A DNA stretch of 64,000 bases from Curvularia clavata (taxonomy: Eukaryota): positions 2,356,001-2,420,000 of the forward strand of contig CP089276.1 in the NCBI GenBank assembly GCA_023920165.1, written 5' to 3'. The notes beneath the pieces are model-generated. The model was given only the letters and a program-made list of their open reading frames with translations, made no database searches and was not told the DNA's origin. This document shows, piece after piece, positions 62,901 through 64,000 of this stretch. Within the stretch, counting starts at the first letter, position 1; every line of letters begins with the position of its first letter. The position numbers and the translations under genes are program-made.

Positions 62901-63766
62901 AGTCGATCCATCCATCACAGTCGTCTGATGTTACGGAGACTCTCTCAACAGCCATCACTGAAGTCCGGCCATCATCGACCTGGCGCCTCGCGGGCAGCTT
63001 CTCCATTGCTGATGCACTCCGTCCAGAGGCTCCAGGTGTAATCAAAGCCCTACAAGCTCGTGGCATAGATGTCTGGATGCTTTCTGGCGACAACCCTACA
63101 ACTGCCAACGCTGTAGGCGTGCAAGTCGGTATTCCAAGTTCCAACATCATCGCGGGTGTACTTCCCGACCAAAAAGCCGAAAAGATAAAGTATCTCCAGC
63201 AGACACTGAGCAAGCCGCAAAAAGCTTTCTCCCGCATCCCCTTTTTCGGTCAAAGCAATAAGGTATCCCCGAAACGCGCGACTGTGGCCATGGTAGGCGA
63301 CGGCATCAACGACGCACCCGCCCTCTCCACGGCTGACTTATCCATCGCCATCGGCTCAGGCTCCGACATTGCACTCAGCTCTTCCTCTTTCATCCTCATC
63401 AACAGCCGTCTAACCACCATTCTCACCCTACTTGACCTCTCGCGCGTCGTGTTCCGCCGCGTGTATTTCAATTTTGGTTGGGCCCTAGTTTACAACTTGA
63501 TCGCCATGCCTATTGCCGCTGGCGTCCTGTTCCCTATTACTACCGGCGGCACCAGCAAGCCAATGGACATGCATCATGAAGGTATCGGAATGAAGGGCGG
63601 CATGTCTATGGAGCAAACGGGCAAGACGCATGTGCGGCTGGATCCTGTGTGGGCTAGTTTGGCCATGGCGTTGAGTAGTGTCAGTGTGGTATGTAGTTCG
63701 CTTTCGCTGAGGAGCAATTTGCCGGGTGTGGGGTTTAGAGTCAAGCGTGAGAAGGAGGGTGAGTGA
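59906..63766 (+). CDS. Copper-transporting P1B-type ATPase with four N-terminal HMA domains; intronless, start may be 59906 or a slightly downstream ATG
   Basis: HMA motifs LHCPSC, GMTCSSC, GLTCSSC, GMFCAHC; TGES, CPC, DKTGT, HP, GDGINDAP, YN and MALSS Cu(I)-type signatures. Confidence 0.93.
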   Translation: MPPTLDSVTMSRPASLPRLRDPQADIMSTACFISNLHCPSCVDGIKTSLSALEPPPQDVFVSIVSHSVVIRHATSLSLDDITGSLEAAGFEVHSVFQNNKAVRYPIGVRDSNTEGKSNEWYTSLERAVSYWLHPRRPDGSSDEMKKQEAHLAQCEQCKKEQGGVRLDSADGLPAKPHPVITTSPKASIDDSVSPEPRSPLSEKFVAIETPNTTKTYKATLALTGMTCSSCVSAITHAVQEHPWVQSVNVNLLTNSGVVVFSGKDRCNELVETIEDCGFDVAIEKLEEVHNPESATSPSKQKTEKWHATYSIGGLTCSSCVGNVTRALEQNTWIETIDVNLISNSATIVFVGKEHLPDIKDTIEDVGYTASLEKVVPEGTIATKAFERTVAIRVDGMFCAHCPQNIIRGLQDTFADKDDFAVEDPPISLAQPVLHIRYVPDPPNFTIRHVFSTISGLNPVFKPSVFHPPTIEERARQMHAQERMRILFRLTLCVLIAIPTFILGIVFMSLVSSHNPVRKYLMGKLWAGNVTRLSWALFILATPVYFFAADTFHRRAIKEIKSMWRPGSRTPYLHRFTRFGSMNMLISLGTTIAYLASIAELVLAATKTSVGSMHDSYFDAVVFLTMFLLIGRFLEAYSKAKTGDAVTSLGKLRPNEAVLVDSGKGDVKIATDLLEIGDVVRVNHGTSPPFDGEIIGGSSNFDESSLTGESRPVKKFEGDTVYSGTMNKGAPVKIRITTISGTSMLDQIINAVREGQSRRAPVERAADVITSHFVPFVIAVAITTWLVWLILGTTGGIPSDWKSDAAGSWELWSLRFAIAVFVIACPCGIGLAAPTALFVGGGLAAKYGILVRGGGEAFQEASSLDCIVFDKTGTLTQGGDPAVTNHKFFGDQNSSLVAGIVKALEENSNHPIARALVSFCNKEKHITLTVVNIDEVPGKGLKGTLRFEGQEIIAIVGNESFMADYRVPMLAEDATLLQKWKSQGDSIALVALFMPQRTHESIHPSQSSDVTETLSTAITEVRPSSTWRLAGSFSIADALRPEAPGVIKALQARGIDVWMLSGDNPTTANAVGVQVGIPSSNIIAGVLPDQKAEKIKYLQQTLSKPQKAFSRIPFFGQSNKVSPKRATVAMVGDGINDAPALSTADLSIAIGSGSDIALSSSSFILINSRLTTILTLLDLSRVVFRRVYFNFGWALVYNLIAMPIAAGVLFPITTGGTSKPMDMHHEGIGMKGGMSMEQTGKTHVRLDPVWASLAMALSSVSVVCSSLSLRSNLPGVGFRVKREKEGE

Positions 63767-64000
63767 TGGGGATATAGTCGAGGGGCGGTATGTAAGGTTG
63801 GAGGCCTCGGTATAAAGCATCACTCTGTACTCGATAGGGTAACTCATTTCATGAAATTACCATATTCTAAAGTCTTGTAAAATCGCTAGTGAAGGATAAA
63901 CTGTTTATTATGGGGGAGGGAGAAACATGGAGTTGTCGGAGAAAGAAGAAAAACATTACGCAAGTTACACATTCGCATGATTGAAGGTCAAAACTAAACA

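Noticed and set aside
1..64000. tRNA, rRNA, intact transposon or CRISPR array
   Set aside because: I saw no cloverleaf with A/B boxes, rRNA signature, transposase/RT ORF, terminal repeats or spaced direct repeats by eye. tRNAscan-SE, Infernal and RepeatMasker runs would be needed to exclude them fully.

Overview
Gene-dense, intron-containing ascomycete genomic DNA. The short GT-AG introns with CTRAC branch points and the gene content suggest a Dothideomycete/Pleosporales-like fungus (inference). I can support about 27 protein-coding genes, mostly housekeeping: TPC1, RPP0, TRM82, TRR1, ATG14, cystathionine gamma-lyase, SEC20, MRPL44, IPP1, a Gly-rich RRM protein, cysteine synthase 2, MidA/NDUFAF7, CitE-like lyase, TVP23, a GprM-like GPCR, GT34, an NSS transporter and a P1B Cu-ATPase, among others. 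I saw no tRNA, rRNA, intact transposon or CRISPR array. The most interesting signals concern translation and regulation. (1) TRR1 has a cryptic GUG-initiated 51-codon mitochondrial-presequence-like extension. (2) IPP1 has a 94-codon upstream extension that looks like a presequence and also carries a PTS2-like nonapeptide. (3) Cystathionine gamma-lyase is preceded by two tandem CYS-3/MetR boxes and a ~520-nt AUG-free, hairpin-rich stretch. (4) ATG14 has three uORFs. All gene models and family assignments were made by eye, without database searches.
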